From Rhynchopus sp. YZ270_cl-10 (Eukaryota), in contig OZ037836.1 in the NCBI GenBank assembly GCA_964035575.1, positions 930,001 through 994,000 on the forward strand: a DNA stretch of 64,000 bases, written 5' to 3'. Below the pieces are notes generated by a model, which was not told the origin of the DNA, searched no databases, and saw only the letters and a list, made by a program, of their open reading frames with translations. Shown piece after piece: positions 34,745 through 45,600 of the stretch. The translations under genes and the position numbers were made by a program. Position 1 is the first letter of the stretch. Each line of letters starts with the position of its first letter.

Positions 34745-35099
34745 GGTTTTGTGTCTCTCTGTTTTGCTTCAGGTGTTTTCAATTGGGGGGAAGAGTACGC
34801 AAGAGACAACAAACAGTTAGGGAGAGGTCTTTTGCTAATAAAAATGATCATCCAGATGTGGTGAAACGCCATAAACTCCACAACCCCTACAAAGATACTC
34901 CGCAAGCCATGCATAGTGGGGCAAGACAAAGCAACCAAAAGAGGAAGAGGACAACTTGCAAGTGTGCAGAAGAGTGTTTGGAAGCTAAGGGTACAAAGGC
35001 ACTGCGTGAATTGCACCCACGTAGGGGCGAACAACCTTCGTGACCACACAAGACCCACAGTGAGAGGTCTTGAAACAAGTTACAATGGGGAGAGAGGTC

Positions 35100-35198
35100 T
35101 TTTGTTTTGTTTTGTTTTGTTTTGTTTTGTTTTGTTTTGTTTTGTTTTGTTTTGTTTTGTTTTGTTTTGTTTTGTTTTGTTTTGTTTTGTTTTGTTTT
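35100..35198. repeat. (TTTTG)n microsatellite
   Basis: Perfect array; length differs among paralogous upstream regions. Confidence 0.95.
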
Positions 35199-35901
35199 TG
35201 AAAAAGCTTCGTTGTATTAGTGTGGACACCCGAGGAGTGTGCTCCACTGTGTTCTCCTTTTCAACGTGGCCACCATCGTTTTCGTTGGCTTCACATCAGT
35301 TTTGCATTTTCATGACTTTTCAGTTTCTCTATCCTCTGCGATATGACGCGCAAACACGCCGTTTTCAATTTGATTCGCAGACCGATACTGACTCACGAAG
35401 TTGCTGTGTCAAAAAACACTTTCCTCTGCGAGGCGGGATACCACAGCGACAACGTCTATCACTCATGCGCCTATGAGTCGCTCAATGGCGTCATGGCTTT
35501 TATCATGACTGCAGGGGTCCAACCCTGCACATTGCTCTCACAACACAAAATACAAATATGCACACAAATGAAGAGATGAAAGATACCTTACAATAAGACA
35601 ACAAACACCGGTGGGGTAAAAACTAAGAAGGGGTTTAATCCCACCGATATTTGTCTTACTGTATTTCATTTGACGTGCACAGGAAAACAATACCATTTTT
35701 TTTACCCCAAACCACCCGAGGGAGAGCTGCAAAAGTCAGGCCTAATGCTAACTTTGGGGGAGGGGGAAAAAAGTGAACCAGCGAAAAAAAAAAAAAAAAG
35801 AGCGAAAAAAAAAATTTTCCCTCCGGGAAGGGGTCCAGGGTTTTCGCTTATTTTCATGAAAATTTTTTTCTCCCCAAAACCGTGAAGATATTTCCAAAAA
35901 G

Positions 35902-37581
35902 CAGGGCTATCGGTAAGAAGGGGTTTTGGGGGGCATCATATATCATATTTCATATTTCAAAATCATATTTCAAAAAAAAAAAAAAAACACGAGTTTACGG
36001 GCAAAAACCCATTCCGAGCTTTCGGCCCCGCACGTTGGCGGGGCATCTCCCCTCATATGTGGATATGTCCGGAAAATTTTCAGGAAAGTGCCGGGCAAAA
36101 ACACATCAAAATGGGTCCGGACATATCCACGGGGGGGATAGGTACTTAAAAAATGGAATTGAAAGCCGTGTTCAAAATCTTTCAATTGCGGCCAGGTACG
36201 ATCAAACATTTGCATCTGGGGTCCCTTTACCGGTTGGAAAGTCCCAAAAACCAAAACTCAAAAGTGGGTCCAGGGATTACGCAGCTCCCCCAAAAATAAA
36301 AAAAAGTACGTATGGATTTTCAACACGTACAATTCTAAGCAAAAACAATTCGCGCTTCGCGCGCACTCTCCCTGGCAAAGTTAGTTGAGAAGGGCTGTGA
36401 AAGTTCGAAGAACTGGAGAAATCATCAGTCATGGCACTGGCGAAGCCACGGTACGCAACATTTCTAAAAATTGCGATTAAAATTGCCTACTATGTCACGG
36501 GAAGGGTGTACTGCAATCTAGCGCCGCAGGCGCACGGTACGCTACTTTTTTTCTTTCGCCATGCTGCACGCTCCTTTTCCGGAAAAATAGAAAATTGTCT
36601 CCTACAAATAGGATCTGTAGGGGGTAGGTGAGAGGTGGGGGCGGAGCCCCACCCCTCACCTACCCCACCCCAGCCCCAATCCAAAACCCAAATTACCTAA
36701 GTATGGACACGTATGGATTCCACCTTTTCAAAAACAATTCACGTATGGATTTCCATACGTTCCACACGTGGAGCGTAATCTCTGAGTGGGTCCAAAAAAC
36801 GGCTTGGGGTCTAAGGGGTTAACAAAAATTTAAAGTTTAAGGTGTACCTCTGCGAGCGTAGCGAGCGGAAAATTTTTAAGGTGTACTTCCGCGAGCGAAG
36901 CGAGCGGGAAAAAAATTGAAGGTGTACCTCCGCGAGCGCAGCGAGCGGGAAAATATTTTAAGGTGTACCTCCGCGAGCGAAGCGAGCGGGGAAAAAATTG
37001 AAGGTGTACCTCCGCGAGCGTAGCGAGCGGAAAATTTTTTGAAGGTGTACCGCCGCGAGCGCAGCGAGCGGGAAAATATTTTAAGGTGTACTTCCGCGAG
37101 CGAAGCGAGCGGGGAAAAAATTGAAGGTGTACCTCCGCGAGCGTAGCGAGCGGAAAAAATTTTGAAGGTGTACATTAAACTTTAAACAAGGGGGTACGCC
37201 CACTTTTGTCGTCATCCTAAAATACCCGAAATTGAGCAATTGCATTTCCGGATCGATTGCGGAAAGTGGTAGGGTAAATGAACAACACCAAATACCTACG
37301 CCCCCCCGTGCATATGTCCGTGTTGGTCGAGGCTCGGACATATACACATACTCAGTTCAGGTAGTATACTACAGTGTACAGCGGCAAAAACCCATTCCGA
37401 GCTTTCGGCTCCGCACGTTGGCGGGGCATCTCCGTTCATATGTGGCCTGGTAAACCCATTCCGAGCTTTCGGCTCCGCACGTTGGCGGGGCATCTCTGAT
37501 CATATTTGGCCTGGTAAAAAAAAAAAAAAAAAAAAATTTAAAAAAGGCGATCATATTTCATATCTCTTACCGATAGCCCTG
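35902..37581. mobile_element. Non-autonomous TIR element (1680 bp)
   Basis: TIR CAGGGCTATCGGTAAGA; 9-bp TSD TCCAAAAAG; empty site at about 28386. Confidence 0.88.
36829..37185. repeat. ~40-bp tandem array (aaggtgtacctccgcgagcgaagcgagcgg) bounded by inverted TTTAAAGTTTAA
   Basis: About 8 units; probably a nested MITE. Confidence 0.8.
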
Positions 37582-38840
37582 TCCAAAAAGGGTTCAAAAA
37601 AAAAATTTGCGCTCCGCGCGAAAAGGTCCGTTCATTTCGCGTAAATACGTGATGACGTGGGATGGTAACGTGCATCAAGAACCAAACCAGCCCTTTTCTC
37701 ACGTTTTTCCACGTCAAGCCGTCGCACTAGGTTCTCTCTTGTGAACGCAACCTTCCCTCAGTACAAGAAGAAACGGCGGATGACATCAAAACTTTCTGGC
37801 GAAGCCACGGTACGCACAACATTTCAAAAATTGTGACCTAAAACCGAACATTTTTACAGCCAAACTATGGTAGAGGTCTGTGGGCTGCCAGTTTTTGAGC
37901 TGCGCCGCAGGCGCACGGTACGCTACTTTTTTAATTTTTGCCGGCAAGGGGGGTGCATCATTGAGTCCCTGAAACAGGTCTCCATCGTCACCTCCTGAAG
38001 ATGCGGGCGCAGGCGCCCACATCTCCAGGACCAAGGTACCCACGGCATACCACAGGCAGAGAACCCCCCGTCCCAAAAAACCCCCATTTTTAAGGGTGAC
38101 CCAGCGGATAAAAATAAAGAAAAGTTTATAAGATGAACCTAAGCCTCACGTGCTTAGTCACCTTTTCATATTCGTTATCGCACAGCATCAGCTGCGCTGG
38201 CTTCTACAAGTTTGTTGTCAGGGATGATGTCATTTCCCCAGCCGGAGTTCGTAATTTTGGCACGTACGATGACGTGTTCAAGCATGTGCATAGTGTAGCG
38301 CGGGTACGTAAAAACTGGGCGACGGTCGTAGCCAATAAGTCCGGGTGCGCCAATGGACCGGAGGCCCCGTGAGGAGGAGATAGCAGATGCTACAAATAAA
38401 AAATAATAAATAAAAGTGAACCAGCGAACCAGCGGATAGCATTAGGCCTGTGCAAAAGCCCGGAAAAAGGCAAAAAAAAAATAAAAATCCCCACCCAAAA
38501 AAGAAAGAAAAAAACGTAAACATAAATCCATTGTGCCGCTTTATCCGAGCACAAGAGGCAACCATGTCTTTGCCTGAAGTACAGAAATGAGGTGAGTGCA
38601 CAATAAAGGAGGAGGGTGGTAAATTTGTTTCAATAACTTTCAAATCAAAGAAAAGAAAGCTCAAGGACATCAATAGATGCATTCAAACGCTAGTGTTTTT
38701 GTTGCAAAAATGTGAAAAGAAAAGAGAAACAATCTCAACGTACACACTCTGCTGATTCTAACAACGGGGGTAGAAAAATCGTGCATGGAAAACATGCGGG
38801 ATTTCCTAAGATATGTCACAAGTGTCATGTCCCGGGTGCC

Positions 38841-40460
38841 TCACATGCACACACATTTGCACTTGGTATCGTCCACGAGGCTACCTCCATATATAATATT
38901 ATAGTCATGCACATATTCTGAAACAACACTGCTCGATCCGGTGACGTTGATGCTGCTTGTGGGTATTTTGCATCCTACCAGGAAGCCTCTCCCAATGTCC
39001 TTCGCCTTCGTCAACCCAGATAAGTCAAGTGTTTTCAATGCGGTGCAGTAGAAGAGAAAGTTGTCCTCTATGTGCGTCACATTGTTCCACGTAGAAATAT
39101 CCAGTGTGGTCAATGCAGTGCAGTTGGAGAGAAAGTACTCATCAACCCGCGTCAAATTGCTCCACCCAGAAATATCAAGTGTGGTCAATGAGGTGCAGTT
39201 GGAGAGAAAGTGCTGCTCAACCCGCGTCACATTGATCCACCCAGACAAGTCAAGGCTTTGCAATGCACTGCAGTCGGAGAGGAAGGACTTTCCCATCTGC
39301 GTCACATTGTTCCACGTAGAAATATCAAGTGTGGTCAATGAGGTGCAGTTGTACAGAAAGCAGTACCCTATTTGCGTCACATTGTTCCACCCAGACAAGT
39401 CAAGGCTTTGCAATGCGAGGCATTTGGAGAGGAAACCGTTCCCAACCTGCCTCACATTGCTCCACCCAGAAATATCCAGTGTGGTTAATGAGGTGCACTT
39501 GGAGAGAAAGTACTCATCAACCCGCGTCACATTGCTCCACCCAGACAAGTCGAGAGTTTGTAATTCCCTGCAGTTAGAGAGAAACGAGTGCTCAATGTGT
39601 GCCACCTTGTTCCACCCAGACAAGTCAAGCGTTCGCAAGGCGGTGCAGTCGGAGAGAAAGCAGGACTCAATATGTGTCACATTGTTCCACCCAGAAATAT
39701 CCAGTGTGGTTAATGAGGTGCAGTAGGAGAGAAAGCGCTCATCAACCCGCGTCACACTGTTCCACCCAGAGAAGTCGAGGGTTCGTAATGCGGTGCAGGA
39801 GGAGAGAAAGCTGTTCCCTATGTGCGTCACATTGTTCCACCCAGAAATATCCAGTGTGGTCAATGAAGTGCAGGAGGAGAGAAAGTTGTTGTCAACCCGC
39901 GTCACATTGATCCACCCAGACAAGTCAAGGCTTTGCAAGGCGCTCATCTGGGTGAGGAAGAAGGCCTCAATATGCATGACATTGCTCCACCCAGATAAAT
40001 CAGCTATGCGCAGTGCGTTGCAGGATTTGAGAATAAAGCTACCTACTGCAGTCACACCTGGCACACCACTGAGATCAAGTTCTGAAAACGTGGCACCTTC
40101 CAAGAAGTAATGGGGGATCTCAGTAACAACCTCTGCCTGCAGAAACAAATGAATCAGCTTGGGATCTGCAAGACCCTCGAACCTCTCTGACGTCAGCCTT
40201 GTCTCACCCAAGTCGCGAAGAGCTGCAATGGCGTCGTCCTTCTGCGACTTCGTCTTCGTCAGCACAACTGTGTCCCCAGCACTCAGCTGCGTCGTGTCGT
40301 CTCCTTCGGGCAGCACCTTCGCACCGAAGCTCAAGCCAAAGCCGTCTTCGCGCAACTCTGCTGCAGACGCCACCTTCCGCCGTATGTCCGCAGTTGTATC
40401 ATCCACACCCACCTCGACTGTGTACTTCTCTCCGTCAAAGCTCTTCACACATATTTCCAT
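38841..40460 (-). CDS. Ubl + LRR + CaaX protein, family B (539 aa)
   Basis: Intact paralog. Confidence 0.9.
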   Translation of the reverse strand: MEICVKSFDGEKYTVEVGVDDTTADIRRKVASAAELREDGFGLSFGAKVLPEGDDTTQLSAGDTVVLTKTKSQKDDAIAALRDLGETRLTSERFEGLADPKLIHLFLQAEVVTEIPHYFLEGATFSELDLSGVPGVTAVGSFILKSCNALRIADLSGWSNVMHIEAFFLTQMSALQSLDLSGWINVTRVDNNFLSSCTSLTTLDISGWNNVTHIGNSFLSSCTALRTLDFSGWNSVTRVDERFLSYCTSLTTLDISGWNNVTHIESCFLSDCTALRTLDLSGWNKVAHIEHSFLSNCRELQTLDLSGWSNVTRVDEYFLSKCTSLTTLDISGWSNVRQVGNGFLSKCLALQSLDLSGWNNVTQIGYCFLYNCTSLTTLDISTWNNVTQMGKSFLSDCSALQSLDLSGWINVTRVEQHFLSNCTSLTTLDISGWSNLTRVDEYFLSNCTALTTLDISTWNNVTHIEDNFLFYCTALKTLDLSGLTKAKDIGRGFLVGCKIPTSSINVTGSSSVVSEYVHDYNIIYGGSLVDDTKCKCVCM

Positions 40461-41740
40461 GGTTTTGTGTCTCTCTGTTTTGCTTCAGGTGTTTTCAATT
40501 GGGGGTAAGAGTACGCAAGAGACAACAAACAGTTAGGGAGAGGTCTTTTGCTAATAAAAATGATCATCCAGATGTGGTGAAACGCCATAAACTCCACAAC
40601 CCCTACAAAGATACTCCGCAAGCCATGCATAGTGGGGCAAGACAAAGCAACCAAAAGAGGAAGAGGACAACTTGCAAGTGTGCAGAAGAGTGTTTGGAAG
40701 CTAAGGGTACAAAGGCACTGCGTGAATCGCACTCGTGACCACACAAGACCCACAGTGAGAGGTCTTGAAACAAGTTACAAAGGGGAGAGAGGTCTTTTGT
40801 TTTGTTTTGTTTTGTTCTGTTTTTGAAAAAGCTTCGTTGTATTAGTGTGGACACCCGAGGAGTGTGCTCCACTGTGTTCTCCTTTTCAACGTGGCCACCA
40901 TCGTTTTCGTTGGCTTCACATCAGTTTTGCATTTTCATGACTTTTCAGTTTCTCTATCCTCTGCGATATGACGCGCAAACACGCCGTTTTCAATTTGATT
41001 CGCAGACCGATACTGACTCACGAAGTTGCTGTGTCAAAAAACACTTTCCTCTGCGAGGCGGGATACCACAGCGACAACGTCTATCACTCATGCGCCTATG
41101 AGTCGCTCAATGGCGTCATGGCTTTTATCATGACTGCAGGGGTACAACCCTGCACATTGCTCTCACAACACAAAATACAAATATGCACACAAATGAAGAG
41201 ATGAAAGATATCTTACAATAAGACAACAAACACCGGTGGGGTAAAAACTAAGGAGGGGTTTAATCCCACCGATATTTGTCTTACTGTACTTCATTTGACG
41301 CGCACAGGAAAACAATACCATTTTTTTAGCCCAAACCACCCGAGGGAGAGCTGCAAAAGCCCGGAAAAAGGCAAAAAAAAATAAAAAATCCCCACCCAAA
41401 AAAGAAAGAAAAAAACGTAAACATAAATCCATTGTTCCGCTTTATCCGAGCACAAGAGGCAACCATGTCTTTGCCTAAAGTACAGAAATGAGATGAATGC
41501 ACAATAAAGGAGGAGGGTGGTAAATTTGTTTCAATAACTTTCAAATCAAAGAAGAGAAAGCTCAAGGACGTCAATAGATTCATTCAAACGTTAGTGTTTT
41601 TGTTGCACAAATGTGAAAAGAAAAGAGAACAATCACAACGTACACACTCTGCTGATTCTAACAACGGGGGTAGAAAAATCGTGCATGGAAAATATGCGGG
41701 ATGTCCTAAGATATGTCACAAGTGTCATGTCCCGTGTGCC

Positions 41741-42542
41741 TCACATGCACACACATTTGCACTTGGTATCGTCCACGAGGCTACCGCCATATATAATATT
41801 TTTGTCATGCACATGTTCTGAAACAACACTGCTCGATCCGGTGACGTTGATGCTGCTTGTGGGTATTTTGCATCCTACCAGGAAGCCTCTTCCAATGTCC
41901 TTCGCCTTCGTCAACCCAGATAAGTCAAGTGTTTTCAATGTGCTGCAGTAGGAGAGAAAGCAGTCTCCCACATGCGTCACATTGTTCCACCCAGAAATAT
42001 CCAGTGTGGTCAATGAGGTGCAGTTGTACAGAAAGTACTCATCAACCTGCGTCACATTGCTCCACCCAGAAATATCAAGTGTGGTCAATGAGGTGCACTT
42101 GGAGAGAAAGTGCTGCTCAACCCGCGTCACATTGCTCCACCCAGACAAGTCAAGGCTTTGCAATGCACTGCAGTCGGAGAGGAAGGACTTTCCCATCTGC
42201 GTCACATTGTTCCACGTAGAAATATCAAGTGTGGTCAATGAGGTGCAGTTGTACACAAAGCAGCACCCTATTTGCGTCACATTGTTCCACCCAGACAAGT
42301 CAAGGCTTTGCAATGCGGTGCACTTGGAGAGAAAGTAGTCATCAACCCGCGTCACATTGCTCCACCCAGACAAGTCGAGAGTTTGTAATTCACTGCAGTT
42401 AGAGAGAAACGAGTGCTCAATGTGTGCCACATTGTTCCACCCACACAAGTCAAGCGTTCGCAGGGCGGTGCAGTCGGAGAGAAAGCAGGACTCAATATGT
42501 GTCACATTGTTCCACGTAGAAATATCCAGTGCGGTTAATGCG
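41741..42542 (-). pseudogene. 3' half of the LINE-interrupted family-B LRR gene
   Basis: LRRs and KCKCVCM end; abuts the TSD. Confidence 0.88.
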
Positions 42543-42622
42543 TGTTAAACTTGTTGACGTGACCCATCCCCACCTTCTCAGATGAACTGAGAGGTGAGAA
42601 AGGCGCCACGTGACCACCTTCG

Positions 42623-45600
42623 TTATCGCGGGGCAAACCCGAGACGCCCCTGGGACGTGTCGTGGTGCCTTTTCCCGCAACAGGCCTGAGGAGACGCCAG
42701 CATCGGCAATCCGTCCTTCTTCCTCTTCCGTCCCGCCTGCACACATGCACCGCAAGCACCCCTCCCGTGGGCCACACAGTTGTGGTGCTTCTGACAGCAC
42801 TGCTTCATCGACACGTTCCCCGCACCCGCACACTGTCCGCACATCGAGAAGTTATGCACCTCACACGCCTCACGCGCCTCCACACAGTCACCCAAAATAA
42901 GCTCATCACAATGGTGCGTCGCACAACACGCCGTGATGGAGATGTTGTTGTGCTCGCAGTCCCCGCATCGCATCTTGGTGTGTATGTCACACACCCGCAT
43001 GGCCCCCACCTTCCTCCTTACGTCCACACGCACAGCCGGTGTCTGCAGCCTGCGTGCTTCCTGTCGTCGATTCTGCTCTGCCGCAACTGCAGCTAGCGCA
43101 GCTCTCCTACGCACCTCCTCTGCCTGCTTCTGCTCTTCCTTCACGTCCTTCCAGCGTTCGTTCTTTGCTGAGCGTTCTTCCGGAGTAGAAGCGTGAGCCA
43201 CATCCGCGTCGTCACCCCACCTCGCCTTCGTCTTTTCCTTTTGTCGGGAGAGTGCTCTCCGCGACGTTGCCTTCTCCTTCAACTCCTTCAGGTACCCTTC
43301 AACCCCCGCCGCATGCGTCAGCACAGGTCGCACAGTGTACCCCGTCATGATCCCCGCACCCAGTTCCTGTAAGTGGTGCACCTCCCTCTTCTCCACTCCT
43401 TTCCACACGTCCCTTCCACGCGCCATCGTTTTCGCCGTCCGCATCATGGCACCAAAAGATTCGGCCCTCTTCAACACCGTCTCACCCGGTACGTCCAACC
43501 CCGAGAAGATCTCAAAGTCCAGCATGAGCTCGAGCTGCGTGATGGGGGGCGTTGTGCCATCAGGCCAACGCAATGCAGCGAGCCATGCCTTCAGCGCCCA
43601 GAAGTGGTCTTCCGTCCAGCGAGGACTCTTCTTCATGTGTTTGCTCCCCCATAGTACGTTCTCCAGCGGGTTGTAGCTCTCAAGCACTGCACCCTCCGGA
43701 AGATTCCAGCCCCACGGAAAAAGGGACTGGCCCACCACCGCCTGCTTCTTCTTCTTCTGCGAGAACCCATGTTCCACGTCGTACTTCTGTCTTGCCAGCG
43801 CGATGTTGACCAGCATCAGTTGCACACGTCGCACCGTCTGCTCCCTCTCCGCAACACTCAGCTCCTGCAAGAATATCGTCGGCACCAGGCCAAAGTCCAA
43901 GAAGCACGGGGGTGCGTCTTTGAGCAAAACCCGGAGTTTTCCGATGTCCTCTCCACGAATTTCGTCCCACTGCGGGCACCACCACCAAGCGTGTCTCCGG
44001 TCCTCTATCGCCTCACCACAGTATCGGCACAACGAAGTCTCCACCTCCTTGTTCCTCAGCAGCTGCACCCCCACCAACTGAGAACCCGACAAGGCTCCGC
44101 GTATCACGCCCGCCAGGTATCTGTCGGTCGTGCGGTCCTTCCACACTGCGTTCGTCGCCTGGCGATCCACACCTCCCTCAATGCCCTGCATCGACGGCCT
44201 CTTCGTCACTGTCAGGCGGTACGCGTGTGCACGGATGCCCTCTCTCAGCTCATGCAGCCATTTGCCCTTGTCCCACAGACGAACGTGCACCCTCAACCCG
44301 ATGTGCGTCGTCCAGAAGTCGAAGCTGCTCCACCGCCATCCGTATCGCTCCAGGTCGTCCCACAACAACTCTATCACACCCTTCTTGTTCATTTCAGTTA
44401 CCCTTGGGTTGGCAACCCCAGGGTTCTCGCGCCGGAGACGTGCCAGATCTGAAGCCCTGTCACGCCGCCTCGCCTCCCGCTCCGCTCTTCGGTCACGTGC
44501 CAGCCTCCACACGTCTTCTGCTTCTCTCCGCATGCCGTCATCTTCTGTCAGTCGAAGAAAGGCCGCCATCCTCCTCTGCACAATCTCCGCTGGCGCATCA
44601 ATCCCGACCGGAGACAACACATGCCACACAATGTTCAGCGTGCGCTGCTTCCTGCCCTGCCCCCAGACTGCCAGTGCAGCCCCTTGCCTCAGCGTCTCTA
44701 TCGTCTGCTTCGAGAAGTCTGTCACTTCGCACCCATGCAACGCTGCCATCATTGGTCCCCTTGCGCCAATAAGTGCCTTCTCAGTGAAGGATAATGGCAC
44801 ACTCGAAACCCTCGTAAATACACGGTGCGCAGTAACCGCACGCTCACGCGCGATGGGCCCGAAGTTCCCCTTTCCTGCCAAAATGTCTGCTCCAACCGCC
44901 CCGAACTGCTTCTTGTCGGGGAAGAACCCGTCGCCAAGTCCAAACTTCGTCTTTGTTCCCTCCTTCGAGGTAAACCCTACGCACTTCTCTGCCTTGACCT
45001 CCATGTCCGCAGCATTGATAAACTCCTTCGTCACCCTCGCAGCACCATGCACTTCCGCTTCCGTGTTCGCCACAGCGTACACGTCGTCAGCGTACCCCAT
45101 GGCGATTGCTCCGGTCCTTCTCGTCACTGCAGATCCCCACACCGCCATCAGCGCGTTCAACAGCACGACAGAAAGTGGGCAACCTTGCAGGATACCATTT
45201 GTCGTACGGAAAGCGCCTCCCACACCTACGTCTCCCAACTTGAAGCGGCGTTCCATGGCAGTGTACGCCGCCCTCAGTGGTCCAAGAATGCGCCAGTGCG
45301 CGCCCCACTCCTCCGCCAGCGATAGCACAATCTCATGAGGTACACGATCGAAACATTTGGCGTAGTCAATCGTGAAACCCCATACCTGGTCTGTGTCGTC
45401 ACCCGACAGCACCGCCTTCTCCAGTTTGAGTGACAAATGCCAGTACAGGTGTGCAGTGCTGTGTCCTGCTCTGAAGCCGTGCTGTTGCTCACCAATCCAG
45501 CTTTCCTGCCACTTTATCAGCCTTCGCAACCTCGCTGCCGCCCACAGTCTGTACACACACGAAGTAATCGTGATTGGTCGCTGCTTCAGCGGAGTGTCGT

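Noticed and set aside
36838..37175. CRISPR-like ~40-bp repeats
   Set aside because: The intervening sequences are short A/T runs, not unique spacers; no cas genes.
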